DNA from: an uncultured Gemmatimonadaceae bacterium | GTDB taxonomy: Bacteria > Gemmatimonadota > Gemmatimonadetes > Gemmatimonadales > Gemmatimonadaceae | DNA: 64,000 bases | Assembly: GCA_963761305.1 (NCBI GenBank) | Contig: CAVXGK010000002.1 | Location: 2,752,001-2,816,000 of the forward strand | Direction of reading: 5' to 3' | The notes under the pieces: model-generated | Told to the model about the DNA's origin: nothing | What the model saw: the letters and a program-made list of their open reading frames with translations, nothing else | The model's database searches: none | Program-made: the position numbers and the translations under genes | In this document: in pieces, positions 1 through 8,528 of the stretch | How positions within the stretch are numbered: position 1 is the first letter of the stretch | How the letters are laid out: each line of letters begins with the position of its first letter

Positions 1-80
1 TTTCGGCACAAATAAATGCCAACGTAGCCAAGCACGAGCACGCTTAGCCGCCCCCACTCCCGCGACGCCGGGGTCGCCCG

Positions 81-116
81 TGGGTCGGGGTGGGGGTCGG
101 GGTCGAGGTCGGGGGT
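81..116. repeat. G-rich degenerate hexamer repeat (GGGGTC-like x6)
   Basis: tgggtc ggggtg ggggtc ggggtc gaggtc gggggt, upstream of the GT4 gene. Confidence 0.6.
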
Positions 117-361
117 TGGCGAGGTCGGTATTCGGGTCTTGGCAGCCATGTCCCAGCGGGTGTAAACGCCTCCCGGGAGAACTTGGCGACGATCCGGCGC
201 CGGGTATTACAGATCTGTCACGACTTTGCCACCCGCAGATCACGGCCGGGCACCCGGCCGGCGCCTGTCACCGGGGCGTCATATGCTTGGGGCCGGGAAT
301 CGTTACATTGAGACCGCTTCATCGGCTACGCGCGTCTGAACCCTTCGCGCCGAGCAACCTG

Positions 362-1519
362 ATGCGCGTGTGTCTCGTAACACCGTACGATTTGTCCCGC
401 GATGGCGGAGTGAACCGTCACGTGCGCGCGCTGGCCGACGCGCTACGCGTGCTGGGGCACGAAGCGTCCGTGCTCGGACCGACGAGCGGGCCCGCGCCGT
501 CCGACTGCGACGCGCTTCCCGGCATCGTGTCGCTCTCGGCGAACGGATCGAAAGCGCGCATCGGACTCCTCGTGACGCGACGCGCCGTGCAACGCTATCT
601 CTACCGGGGAGCGTTCGACGTCGTACACGTCCACGAGCCGTGCATCCCCGGCATCGCGCGACACGCGGCCGCGAGCGACTTCGTGCCGCGCGTCGTCACG
701 TTCCATACGTACGCGGAGCGGGAGTGCAGCGCCGTGCGGTTGCTGCGACGCGCGCTCGCTCGCCCGCTGCGCGACGTCGACCACGGAATCGCCGTGTCGC
801 GCGTGGCCGAGGCGTTCGCGCGACGCGTCTTCGCCGGGTCGATTCAGCTCATTCCGAACGGCATCGACCTGGCCACGTTCGGCACGACGTCGCGCGCCCG
901 GCCGGCTGGGCACAAGGAAGTCGAGCGGACGAATCAATCGTTACGCGTTCTTTTCGTCGGGCGCTACGACGAGCCCCGAAAGGGCCTGCGGCACCTGTTG
1001 GCGGCGGCGTGTCTGATCCGAGAATCTGGGCGCGCGATCGAGGTACGAATCGCCGGGCAGGGCAATCGCGACTCGTTCGCCGGGCTGTCCCAGCGCGCCG
1101 GCGCCGTGTTCCTCGGCAGGCTGAATGACCACGCGCTCGCCAACGAGTATCGAACCGCCGACGTCTTTTGCGCGCCGGCCACGCACGGCGAGAGCTTTGG
1201 GCTCGTACTCGTCGAAGCCATGGCCTGCGGATGCCCGGTCGTCGCCAGCGACATCGGCGGTTATCGAGAGGCGGCGAACGGTGCGGCGATGCTGGCGCCG
1301 CCGGCCGACCCGAGGGCGTTGGCGCACGCGCTGCGACGGATGGCGGACGACCATTTCGTTCGCCTGCAGGCGATCGGACACGGAGCCCGGCGTGCACAGG
1401 AGCTGTCGTGGACCTCGCTCGCCTCGGAAGTGGTTGGCGTGTACGAATCCGCGATGGCCGGCGAGGGGGGCGCTCAAACCGACGGCGAGGCGGTCGCCGC
1501 GGTGCGGGAGACGGCGTGA
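362..1519 (+). CDS. Glycosyltransferase family 4 (PimA-like, GT-B fold)
   Basis: MRVCLVTPYDL..GGVNRHV N-terminus, VHVHEP, FVGRYDEPRKG, ESFGLVLVEAMACG (EX7E) motifs; ATG 362 lies within ORF 80..1519. Confidence 0.9.
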   Translation: MRVCLVTPYDLSRDGGVNRHVRALADALRVLGHEASVLGPTSGPAPSDCDALPGIVSLSANGSKARIGLLVTRRAVQRYLYRGAFDVVHVHEPCIPGIARHAAASDFVPRVVTFHTYAERECSAVRLLRRALARPLRDVDHGIAVSRVAEAFARRVFAGSIQLIPNGIDLATFGTTSRARPAGHKEVERTNQSLRVLFVGRYDEPRKGLRHLLAAACLIRESGRAIEVRIAGQGNRDSFAGLSQRAGAVFLGRLNDHALANEYRTADVFCAPATHGESFGLVLVEAMACGCPVVASDIGGYREAANGAAMLAPPADPRALAHALRRMADDHFVRLQAIGHGARRAQELSWTSLASEVVGVYESAMAGEGGAQTDGEAVAAVRETA

Positions 1520-2265
1520 CGGCGCCCGCCGAGGAAACGTACGCACCGTTCGTCGCCAATTGGTCGCTGACGAAGGTGCTCATCCCGTTCGCGCACGCGA
1601 TGGCGGCGTACTTTCGGGCGCGCACGTTCGGGACGGAGCGGATCCCGCGAGACACGCCGGTGATCTTCGTCGGAAAGCACCCGCGAAGTTTTCTCTACAT
1701 CGAGACGTTGATTCTGGGGACGTACGCGTGGTGGGACAGAGACGGACCGCCGATCCGGGTGCTCGAGAGTCGCGCGACGTCGCTGCACCGCGCGCCCATC
1801 ATCGGCTGGATGCGGCGGCACGTCAACGCGCTGGCCGCGACGGCGGCGCACGCGCTTCAGGCGCTGAGCAGCGGCGAGTCGATCCTCATCTTCCCCGGCG
1901 GAGCGCGCGAGCTCTACGGTGAGCCGAATCGCCTGCGCTGGAACGGCCGCGACGGATTCGCTCGGCTGTCGATCGAGGCCCAGGTTCCCATCGTGCCGTT
2001 CGCGATCATCGGCGCCGACCGGCAGCATCCGGTTCGGCTGCCCGTCGGCAAGTCGAGTGTCTGGCTTCCGCCCTTTCCGCTGCCGGTGCGGTTGGACTAC
2101 CACTTTGGTGAGCCGATCGAAGCGCCGAGCGGGTGGACAGGTGGACCGGTGGACCGGTGGACCGGAGAAGAGGAACGACGAGTGGCGCGCGACCATGCCG
2201 CGCACGTCGAGCGGGTGACGCAGGCGCTCATCGACGACGGGCTGGCCGCGCGCAACCGACGATGA
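1516..2265 (+). CDS. Lysophospholipid/diacylglycerol acyltransferase family protein
   Basis: PVIFVGKH, ILIFPGGARE, GFARLSIEAQVPIVP motifs; GTG start overlaps upstream stop (GTGA). Confidence 0.85.
   Translation: MTAPAEETYAPFVANWSLTKVLIPFAHAMAAYFRARTFGTERIPRDTPVIFVGKHPRSFLYIETLILGTYAWWDRDGPPIRVLESRATSLHRAPIIGWMRRHVNALAATAAHALQALSSGESILIFPGGARELYGEPNRLRWNGRDGFARLSIEAQVPIVPFAIIGADRQHPVRLPVGKSSVWLPPFPLPVRLDYHFGEPIEAPSGWTGGPVDRWTGEEERRVARDHAAHVERVTQALIDDGLAARNRR
2132..2163 (+). repeat. Octamer tandem repeat GGTGGAC(C/A) x4 inside the acyltransferase CDS
   Basis: ggtggaca ggtggacc ggtggacc ggtggacc. Confidence 0.9.
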
Positions 2266-2274
2266 GGCGCGACG

Positions 2275-3033
2275 TTGCGATCAGCTCCGGTGCTGGACAC
2301 GAGCCGCTGGTACTACCGATTCGGCTACGTAGGAGCGACGCGCCTTCTGTCGGCCTATCATCGCACGCGCGTGCGGAGCCGCGAGGGCGAGTTCGTTCCT
2401 CCAACCGGGCCGTGCATCTACGTCGCGCACCACGGCGCCGGCTACTTCACGCTCGACCTCGTCGTCGCCTGCTACCAGCTCGGCTGGCGAGCGTGGCTGG
2501 AACGGCGCGGCGCGGCCTCCCCGACGCGAATCGTCGCGTCGCGCGACCATACGATGGAACGTGTCGTGCCCGGGCTCCGTACGGCCAAACGACACGTCGG
2601 CATCATCGACCCGTCGGAGGACGCCTGCGTTGAAGTGCTCGAGCGCGGTGAACAATTGTTGATCACGCCGGGCGGCCGGCGCGAGGCGCGCCCGGAAGCG
2701 CGCGACTATCGGCTGAAGTGGGCCGATCGGTTCGGTTTCGCGCGTGTGGCGCTCCGCACCGGCGTGCCGATTTTTCCGCTCGCGGTGGTCGGCGGATTCG
2801 AGGCCTATCCCGGATGGTCGCGAGGGAAAGCGTCGTTCTGGTCGCCCTTCCCTCTCCCCGTGCGTCTCGACGTCGCACTCGGCGCACCGATCGCCGTTTC
2901 GCCCTCGCAACATCCCGACGCCGGCGCGGTGCGACGGCTGCACGAGCGCGCATGGCAGGCCACGCAGTCCCTCTACGACGAGATCATCGCCGAGCGCCGA
3001 GGAAAGGTCGCGCTCGCGCCTCCGCGCGCATGA
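2275..3033 (+). CDS. Second lysophospholipid/diacylglycerol acyltransferase family protein
   Basis: CIYVAHH..D, LLITPGGRRE, GFARVALRTGVPIFP motifs; start uncertain (TTG 2275 or a nearby GTG). Confidence 0.85.
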   Translation: MRSAPVLDTSRWYYRFGYVGATRLLSAYHRTRVRSREGEFVPPTGPCIYVAHHGAGYFTLDLVVACYQLGWRAWLERRGAASPTRIVASRDHTMERVVPGLRTAKRHVGIIDPSEDACVEVLERGEQLLITPGGRREARPEARDYRLKWADRFGFARVALRTGVPIFPLAVVGGFEAYPGWSRGKASFWSPFPLPVRLDVALGAPIAVSPSQHPDAGAVRRLHERAWQATQSLYDEIIAERRGKVALAPPRA

Positions 3034-3695
3034 GCGCCGAGCGCACGCTCATCGCCAGCGACTGGCATCTCAGCCGATACAGCTCGACCGCCGCGTCGAC
3101 GCTGGCGTTCGCGTTTCTCGAGCGGGCGCGCGACGCCGGCGACCGGGTGATTCTCAACGGCGACATCTTCGAGGGACTTTTCGAGCCCGTCGCGCTGTCG
3201 GAAGAGGCGCATCCGCACATCGTGGCGTTGATGACCGCGATGAGTCGCACCGGTCAGCTGCGCCGAACGGAAGGAAACCACGATCCCGGCGCCGGTGCGG
3301 CGACGATCGTGCTCGACCACGAGACGCTCGGCCCCGTTCTCGTGATGCACGGCCACGTCGCGGACCAGCTTCGCACGTCGCCGATCGGCAGGCTCGGCGA
3401 CTTCATCTCGCGGCGGTTCGGATGGATCCCGGCCGTGCGCCTCGCCGCGCGCCTCGCCGAACAGAGCGCGTCGCTCACCGCCCATCGCATCGAGCGCATC
3501 TTCAGCCAGCGCTGCCGCGACATCGTGCGGCGGAGTGCCGGCGCATTCGGCGTGTTCGGGCACATTCACCGGCAGTATCTGGTGGCCGGCGACCAGTACG
3601 CGAACGCCGGTCATCTCACCGACCAGCGGCTCGAGTTCATCGCGATCGGTCGGCGCGGCGCGGAGGCTTCACGGCTCGACGTGTCCGAGTTGTGA
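3030..3695 (+). CDS. Metallophosphoesterase (LpxH-like, calcineurin-like fold)
   Basis: SDWHL, NGDIFE, GNHD, MHGH, FGHIH metal-binding motifs; ATGA overlap. Confidence 0.85.
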   Translation: MSAERTLIASDWHLSRYSSTAASTLAFAFLERARDAGDRVILNGDIFEGLFEPVALSEEAHPHIVALMTAMSRTGQLRRTEGNHDPGAGAATIVLDHETLGPVLVMHGHVADQLRTSPIGRLGDFISRRFGWIPAVRLAARLAEQSASLTAHRIERIFSQRCRDIVRRSAGAFGVFGHIHRQYLVAGDQYANAGHLTDQRLEFIAIGRRGAEASRLDVSEL

Positions 3696-4213
3696 GTCGA
3701 GAAACGGCGGCGGCGTTCGTCGCCCACTGGGGTTACGTGGGTGTGTTCGCGGCGATTTTCATCGAGGAGGCCGGGGTACCGTTGCCCGTGCCCGGCGATT
3801 TGTTCATCGCGGCGCTCGGGGCCGTGGGGCATGCGAGGGCCTCGAGCTTCGCGATGACGACGCTCGTCGTCGTCGTCGCGACGGTGGGAGGATCGGCGAT
3901 CTTGTTCGAGATGTCGCGGCGCCTCGGCCAGCCGATGATGATAAAAATCGGCCGGCGGTTCGGGTTCAACGAGGATCGCGCCGTTCGCGTCGAGAAGTGG
4001 CTGGATCGCCGCGGAGCGTACGCGATCATCCTGGGACGCCTCACGCCGGGGCTGCGGATCGTGTTGACCGTGGCCGCGGGCGCGCTTCGAATGCGGCGGG
4101 ACGTCTTCATGCTCGGAACAGCGGTCGCGTCGGTGATCTGGGCGACGATCTACTACTGGCTCGGCTATTTGCTCAGCGCGGGTGCGAGCGCGGCGTTCGG
4201 CTCGCACGCCTGA
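3692..4213 (+). CDS. DedA/VTT family membrane protein
   Basis: EEAGVPLPVPGD and GRLTPGLR DedA motifs; GTGA overlap. Confidence 0.9.
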   Translation: MSRETAAAFVAHWGYVGVFAAIFIEEAGVPLPVPGDLFIAALGAVGHARASSFAMTTLVVVVATVGGSAILFEMSRRLGQPMMIKIGRRFGFNEDRAVRVEKWLDRRGAYAIILGRLTPGLRIVLTVAAGALRMRRDVFMLGTAVASVIWATIYYWLGYLLSAGASAAFGSHA

Positions 4214-4234
4214 GGCCCGACGGAGCCGGTCGCT

Positions 4235-5695
4235 CTAAGGCAAACGAAAGACGTCCAGCACGCCGCTCTTGCTGTGGTTGTTGGCGTTTCCCTCTGGGAC
4301 CGCGACCATCCCGTCGACGACGATCGGGCTGTTCCAGTGTCCGCCGCCGCAGTCGAGACGCGCGACCTGGTGGCCGGTCTCGGGGACGTAGACGCGCAGC
4401 CCGCCGCCCGGATCGTAGACGTAGAGCAGTCCGCCGGCGACCACGGGGCTCGTGCCGGGATTTCCGTTGCTCCACGCCGAGTGAAGCTGTCCGCCGCTCA
4501 CCGTCCACGCGGCGGTTCCGCTGCCGTTGGCGGCGAACATCCACGTCGTCCCGGTGGACGCGTGCCACACAGCGGGCGCCGAAAAGAGGCCGGCGCTGGC
4601 CGGCGCGGGAACCATCTGCTGTTCGCCGCCGCGATGCGACCCAGCCTGCCGCGTCGCCGCGAGGCCCAGCACGCGAATCGATCCGTCCTTGCCGCTCTGG
4701 GCCACGAGGCCGCCGCCGAGCAGCACGGGTGACGTCGATCCGACGTCCACGTCGCCGGCGTTGAGCGCTTCTGTATTAGAGGGTGTATAGTTGCCGACGA
4801 GATGGGTCGCGTTGGCGTCCAGCTCGAGCGTCGCGTCGCCCCAGTTGGTGATCCCGTCCCACTTGCCGTTTCCGGTGGCGACGAAGATGTCGCCGGTCGC
4901 CGTGTCGACGACGGCGCCCGCCCGTCCCCAGATGGCCGCATCGCTCTCGCCGCACGACGCCGGCGCGATCAACCCCGCGCGGTCGCTGCACAGCGCGTTC
5001 CAGACATTGAGGAGCTTGCCGCTCGAGCCGTCGATCACGGCCACGTGCCCCTGGTACGGCGGCGCGTCGCCGATGTAGCCGCCGGTGGTCGCGATCACGT
5101 GCCCACGATCGTAGTTCAGCGCCGAGGCGATCTTTTCGCGCGCCGGCAAGAGTGTGATCGAAGTGGTCCAGACGGCGTGTCCGTCGGAGAGCGCCAGCTT
5201 GCGGATGTCTCCCTCGGGCGACGCGGCATAAACGGATTGGCGGTCCGGATCGGCGACGGGCGTCGCGGTCGTGATCTGGTACGAGCCGCTGAAGGTCGAG
5301 TACGCGCTCGGCGTGAACTCCCAGAGTATCGAACCGTCGTTGGCGTCGATGGTGATCGTCTTGCCGTAGGTCGTGGTGACGACGAAGACATCGTGGGCGG
5401 CGCCGTTGACCTGGACGGCATGGAGATAGATCGGCGACGCGTCGACGGTTCCGTCGAGCGCGATCTGTTGCACCTTGAGGGTGCCGACGTTGGTGGAGTC
5501 GAGGCGAGTGGGGTCCGGCGACGCGCTCGAGCGCGCGGCGTCGTAGCCGAAGCGGGTCCAGTCGTGGGAGCTCGACGGGTTGGGAGGCTGGCCGTCGGGA
5601 GGCTTCGGCGCGTTGCCGTCACCGGCGGGGGCGTTTTCGGAGCAGGCGAGCGCCAAGAGCGCCGAGGCGAAGAGAGCGCGAAGGCCGAGCGTCAT
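4235..5695 (-). CDS. PQQ-binding-like beta-propeller lipoprotein
   Basis: Lipobox LALAC, DWTRFGYDAARS, Trp-docking repeats (DGSILW, DGHAVW), GAGG RBS before ATG 5695. Confidence 0.8.
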   Translation of the reverse strand: MTLGLRALFASALLALACSENAPAGDGNAPKPPDGQPPNPSSSHDWTRFGYDAARSSASPDPTRLDSTNVGTLKVQQIALDGTVDASPIYLHAVQVNGAAHDVFVVTTTYGKTITIDANDGSILWEFTPSAYSTFSGSYQITTATPVADPDRQSVYAASPEGDIRKLALSDGHAVWTTSITLLPAREKIASALNYDRGHVIATTGGYIGDAPPYQGHVAVIDGSSGKLLNVWNALCSDRAGLIAPASCGESDAAIWGRAGAVVDTATGDIFVATGNGKWDGITNWGDATLELDANATHLVGNYTPSNTEALNAGDVDVGSTSPVLLGGGLVAQSGKDGSIRVLGLAATRQAGSHRGGEQQMVPAPASAGLFSAPAVWHASTGTTWMFAANGSGTAAWTVSGGQLHSAWSNGNPGTSPVVAGGLLYVYDPGGGLRVYVPETGHQVARLDCGGGHWNSPIVVDGMVAVPEGNANNHSKSGVLDVFRLP

Positions 5696-5822
5696 GTGGA
5701 CCTCGTCGAACAAGCCGTTGATGCTGCGGAAGAGCGAGTCGTTGGCGTCGACGAAGGCCTGGACGCGACGACCCGTGTCTTAGACCTGGTCCTGCGTATT
5801 TCTCAAATGTACTCCGCGGAAT

Positions 5823-6410
5823 GAAATGAGCGGCTGAAGAGCGTTGATCTGTGGAAAAGTGTTTTTGACGGAGCATCCAAACCTGTTGGAGTGAGCGTTC
5901 GAAGGTGAGAAGTCCCGTTCGCGTCCGTAGCGATGCGCGTCGAATCGCGTGCAGTGATCGTCGGACCTGTTGAAGCGACGTTCGGCTTGATTGAAGGCAG
6001 CGTCACGAGCTGTGATGCGAGCGAGTCGTGTGGAAATGGTGCGGTACCTCCTTGTGATGGCGTGGAAATGTCGTGAGAAGCGAGGGGAACGGGGTGAAGT
6101 GTCATGTCCGCGGCGTGAGATTCGACGGGAACAGCGGGTAGTCCCACGGGAGCGACGATTAATTCCGCGGGAACGGCGAGAGATCTCGCGGGCGACGTGC
6201 GAGGTGCGAGCGGAGCGCTGGTTGGTTTCACGGGAACGATCGTACATGCCAGGGGAAGAGTGAGAGATTCCACAGCGCGACGCGTGAATGCGATGTTGAG
6301 GATGATTGATTCGATGTTTCGGCGGTGGAATGGAGCGGAAACGGCCCGCAGTGGACGATTTGACCGGCCGAATTAGGACGGAACGCGAATTGGTTAGACG
6401 GGCCCGTCTA
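5823..6410. repeat. Degenerate 21-nt-period tandem array (about 28 units)
   Basis: Core units gagattcgacgggaacagcgg / gtagtcccacgggagcgacga / ttaattccgcgggaacggcga / gagatctcgcgggcgacgtgc; all long ORFs across it show heptad periodicity. Confidence 0.8.
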
Positions 6411-6652
6411 CCTATTGAATCGCCACGACTAGCGATTTGCTCGTCGATGAACGAGGCAGACCGGTCTTGCGGCTGATCCTTGCGCCACGCGCGGTTGGCT
6501 CCGATTCTCAACGACGAAAACCCATCCCCGCCATCCGCCTCCATGCCGATCCGATGGAACGCCGCAGTACCCCCGCTGCTCGTGTTCATGACGTCGTCGG
6601 CTCGCACGAGCTCGCCGGCGCGCGCCGATTACCAGCTGTCGCCGAGGCGTCC

Positions 6653-7216
6653 ATGATCGCCTTCGTTTCCGGAGAGCCGCTGCCGCTCGAGCAATGGGAG
6701 ACGTTCTACGTCATCGTCGGCTCGGCAGGCGGCGCGCTGACGGGCCTCTTGTTCGTCGTCGTCGCCCTCGTCGCCGACCGAACGCAGGCGGCGACGTCGC
6801 GCGGGCTCAGCGCGTTCACCACACCGTCGATGTTCCATTTCATCAACGTGATGGCGATCGCGGCGCTGGTCGCGATGCCGAGAAAAGGCCTCGCCAGCCT
6901 CGCCATTTTGCTGGCGATCGTCGCCGTCATCGGCGCCGTGATCACGGTGCTCGCCGTCGTCCACATACACCAGTTCGACGCCTACTCGGCCGTCGCCGAA
7001 GATTGGATTTGGCATGGCCTCATCCCCGGCGTCGCCTACGCGCTGCTGCTCGTCGACGCGATCATGCTGAGGAGCGCCACGGACTTCGCGCTCTATGGCG
7101 TCGGGTCGGTGAGCCTGGCGCTCCTGTTCGCCGGCATTCACAACGCGTGGGACGTCGCGCTCTACAGCGCCACCGCGATGCCGAAGAAAGACAGCACGCC
7201 GAGCGAAAAGAGTTGA
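6653..7216 (+). CDS. Hypothetical integral membrane protein
   Basis: WETFYVIVGSAGGALTGLLFV and GIHNAWD conserved-looking motifs, several TM helices; GAGG RBS. Confidence 0.75.
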   Translation: MIAFVSGEPLPLEQWETFYVIVGSAGGALTGLLFVVVALVADRTQAATSRGLSAFTTPSMFHFINVMAIAALVAMPRKGLASLAILLAIVAVIGAVITVLAVVHIHQFDAYSAVAEDWIWHGLIPGVAYALLLVDAIMLRSATDFALYGVGSVSLALLFAGIHNAWDVALYSATAMPKKDSTPSEKS

Positions 7217-7232
7217 GACCGCGGCCGCGCTG

Positions 7233-7715
7233 ATGCCGATCACCGTCCGACGCGCCACACCCGCCGACCTGCCGGCGCTCGGCCGGCTCGGCGCTTTGCT
7301 CGTACGCGAGCACCACGACTTCGACCCCAAGCGCTTCATCCCGGCGACGTCGGAGACTGAGGCGGGGTACGCGTGGTACCTTGGCACGCAGCTCGAGGTG
7401 ACCAACGTCGCGGTGATGGTCGCCGAGGAGAATGGCGACGTCGTCGGCTACACGTACGCCGGTCTCGAGGGACGCGACTACATGGCGCTGCGCGGTCCGG
7501 CCGGCGCGCTGTACGACATCGTGGTCGATCCGGCCAAGCGCCGCCGCGGCGTCGGACGCCTGCTGATCGACGCCGCGTTGGCGTTCTTGAAAGACCTCGG
7601 CGCTCCACGCGTCGTCCTGTCGACCGCTACGCGCAACGACGCGGCGCAGCATCTGTTCGAGAGCGTCGGTTTCCGGCGGACGATGATCGAGATGACGGCC
7701 GAGCTGTCCGAGTGA
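7233..7715 (+). CDS. GNAT family N-acetyltransferase
   Basis: VDPAKRRRGVGRLL acetyl-CoA motif; N..AQHLFESVGF. Confidence 0.92.
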   Translation: MPITVRRATPADLPALGRLGALLVREHHDFDPKRFIPATSETEAGYAWYLGTQLEVTNVAVMVAEENGDVVGYTYAGLEGRDYMALRGPAGALYDIVVDPAKRRRGVGRLLIDAALAFLKDLGAPRVVLSTATRNDAAQHLFESVGFRRTMIEMTAELSE

Positions 7716-8143
7716 CCACCGCGTGGCAGCCGTATCGCGAACCGGTCCGCACGACGCTGGTGCGCACGATCACGATCGCGCTCGTCGTGGCAACGATCGC
7801 CTCGCGATGGCTGGGTTGGTCCCGCTGGCCGGTCGTCGTGCTCATCATGCTCTGGCCGTCGTTCGGTGGTCACTGGGTGGAGCTCTGGTTCTTGAACTGG
7901 CTCCGCCCTCGCCTGCCGGCCGCGCGCAGCGTGCAGGTAACGGCGCGCCTCGCCGTGTGGTTCGTGGGCGGAATCGTGCTCGCCACCGGCATGACGCTCA
8001 CCGCTCTCGCGATGGGTGGGGTCCGACCGGTGCCTTGGCCGGCGATGTGGATCGGCGGAGTCGGGTTCATCGTGGTGGAGCTCGTCGCGCAGGCGGCGCT
8101 GCAGCTCCGCGGACGGCCCAGTTTCTACAACGGCCGCGGTTGA
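7712..8143 (+). CDS. Hypothetical membrane protein
   Basis: About 4 hydrophobic helices; GTGA overlap with GNAT stop. Confidence 0.7.
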   Translation: MTTAWQPYREPVRTTLVRTITIALVVATIASRWLGWSRWPVVVLIMLWPSFGGHWVELWFLNWLRPRLPAARSVQVTARLAVWFVGGIVLATGMTLTALAMGGVRPVPWPAMWIGGVGFIVVELVAQAALQLRGRPSFYNGRG

Positions 8144-8234
8144 GACACAGGGCACTAGCCGCCGGCGGCGGCGTGCCCGATCTTCTCGGCGCCCCACCCA
8201 ACCTTGGCTGCGAGGAAGACACGTGGATGACCCG

Positions 8235-8528
8235 ATGACGCTGACCGCCGAGTTCCGCTCCTCGGAGTGGGAGCTCGTGCTGAAATTCGAAGACGGCTCG
8301 ATCCCCGCGGCCCAATGGAACGTGGAGACAGTGAAGACAGTGGCGTCATGGTACGCGAAGAATCTCGCGACCGACATCGCGACGGCGCGCTATCGCGAGT
8401 ACTACCAGAAGAACCATCATCGGCTTACCAACCGGCGCGAGGGCGCGGCGGTAGCGACGGACGCAATCGAGGCAGTCGATCGGGTGTGGGAGCCGCTGCT
8501 GGCGAGCGCGCTGGAGGCGAAGAAGTAG
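8235..8528 (+). CDS. Hypothetical protein
   Basis: Protein-like 97-aa ORF from ATG 8235; 3' end overlaps the convergent gene. Confidence 0.55.
   Translation: MTLTAEFRSSEWELVLKFEDGSIPAAQWNVETVKTVASWYAKNLATDIATARYREYYQKNHHRLTNRREGAAVATDAIEAVDRVWEPLLASALEAKK

Noticed and set aside
10..47. tmRNA-like resume context (aataaat GCC AAC ... GCT TAG)
   Set aside because: The peptide ANVAKHEHA lacks the hydrophobic ALAA-type end, and no T-arm/CCA tRNA-like 3' end follows
5823..6410. CRISPR array interpretation of the periodic region
   Set aside because: No identical repeats separated by unique spacers, the period is only 21 nt, and no cas genes are present
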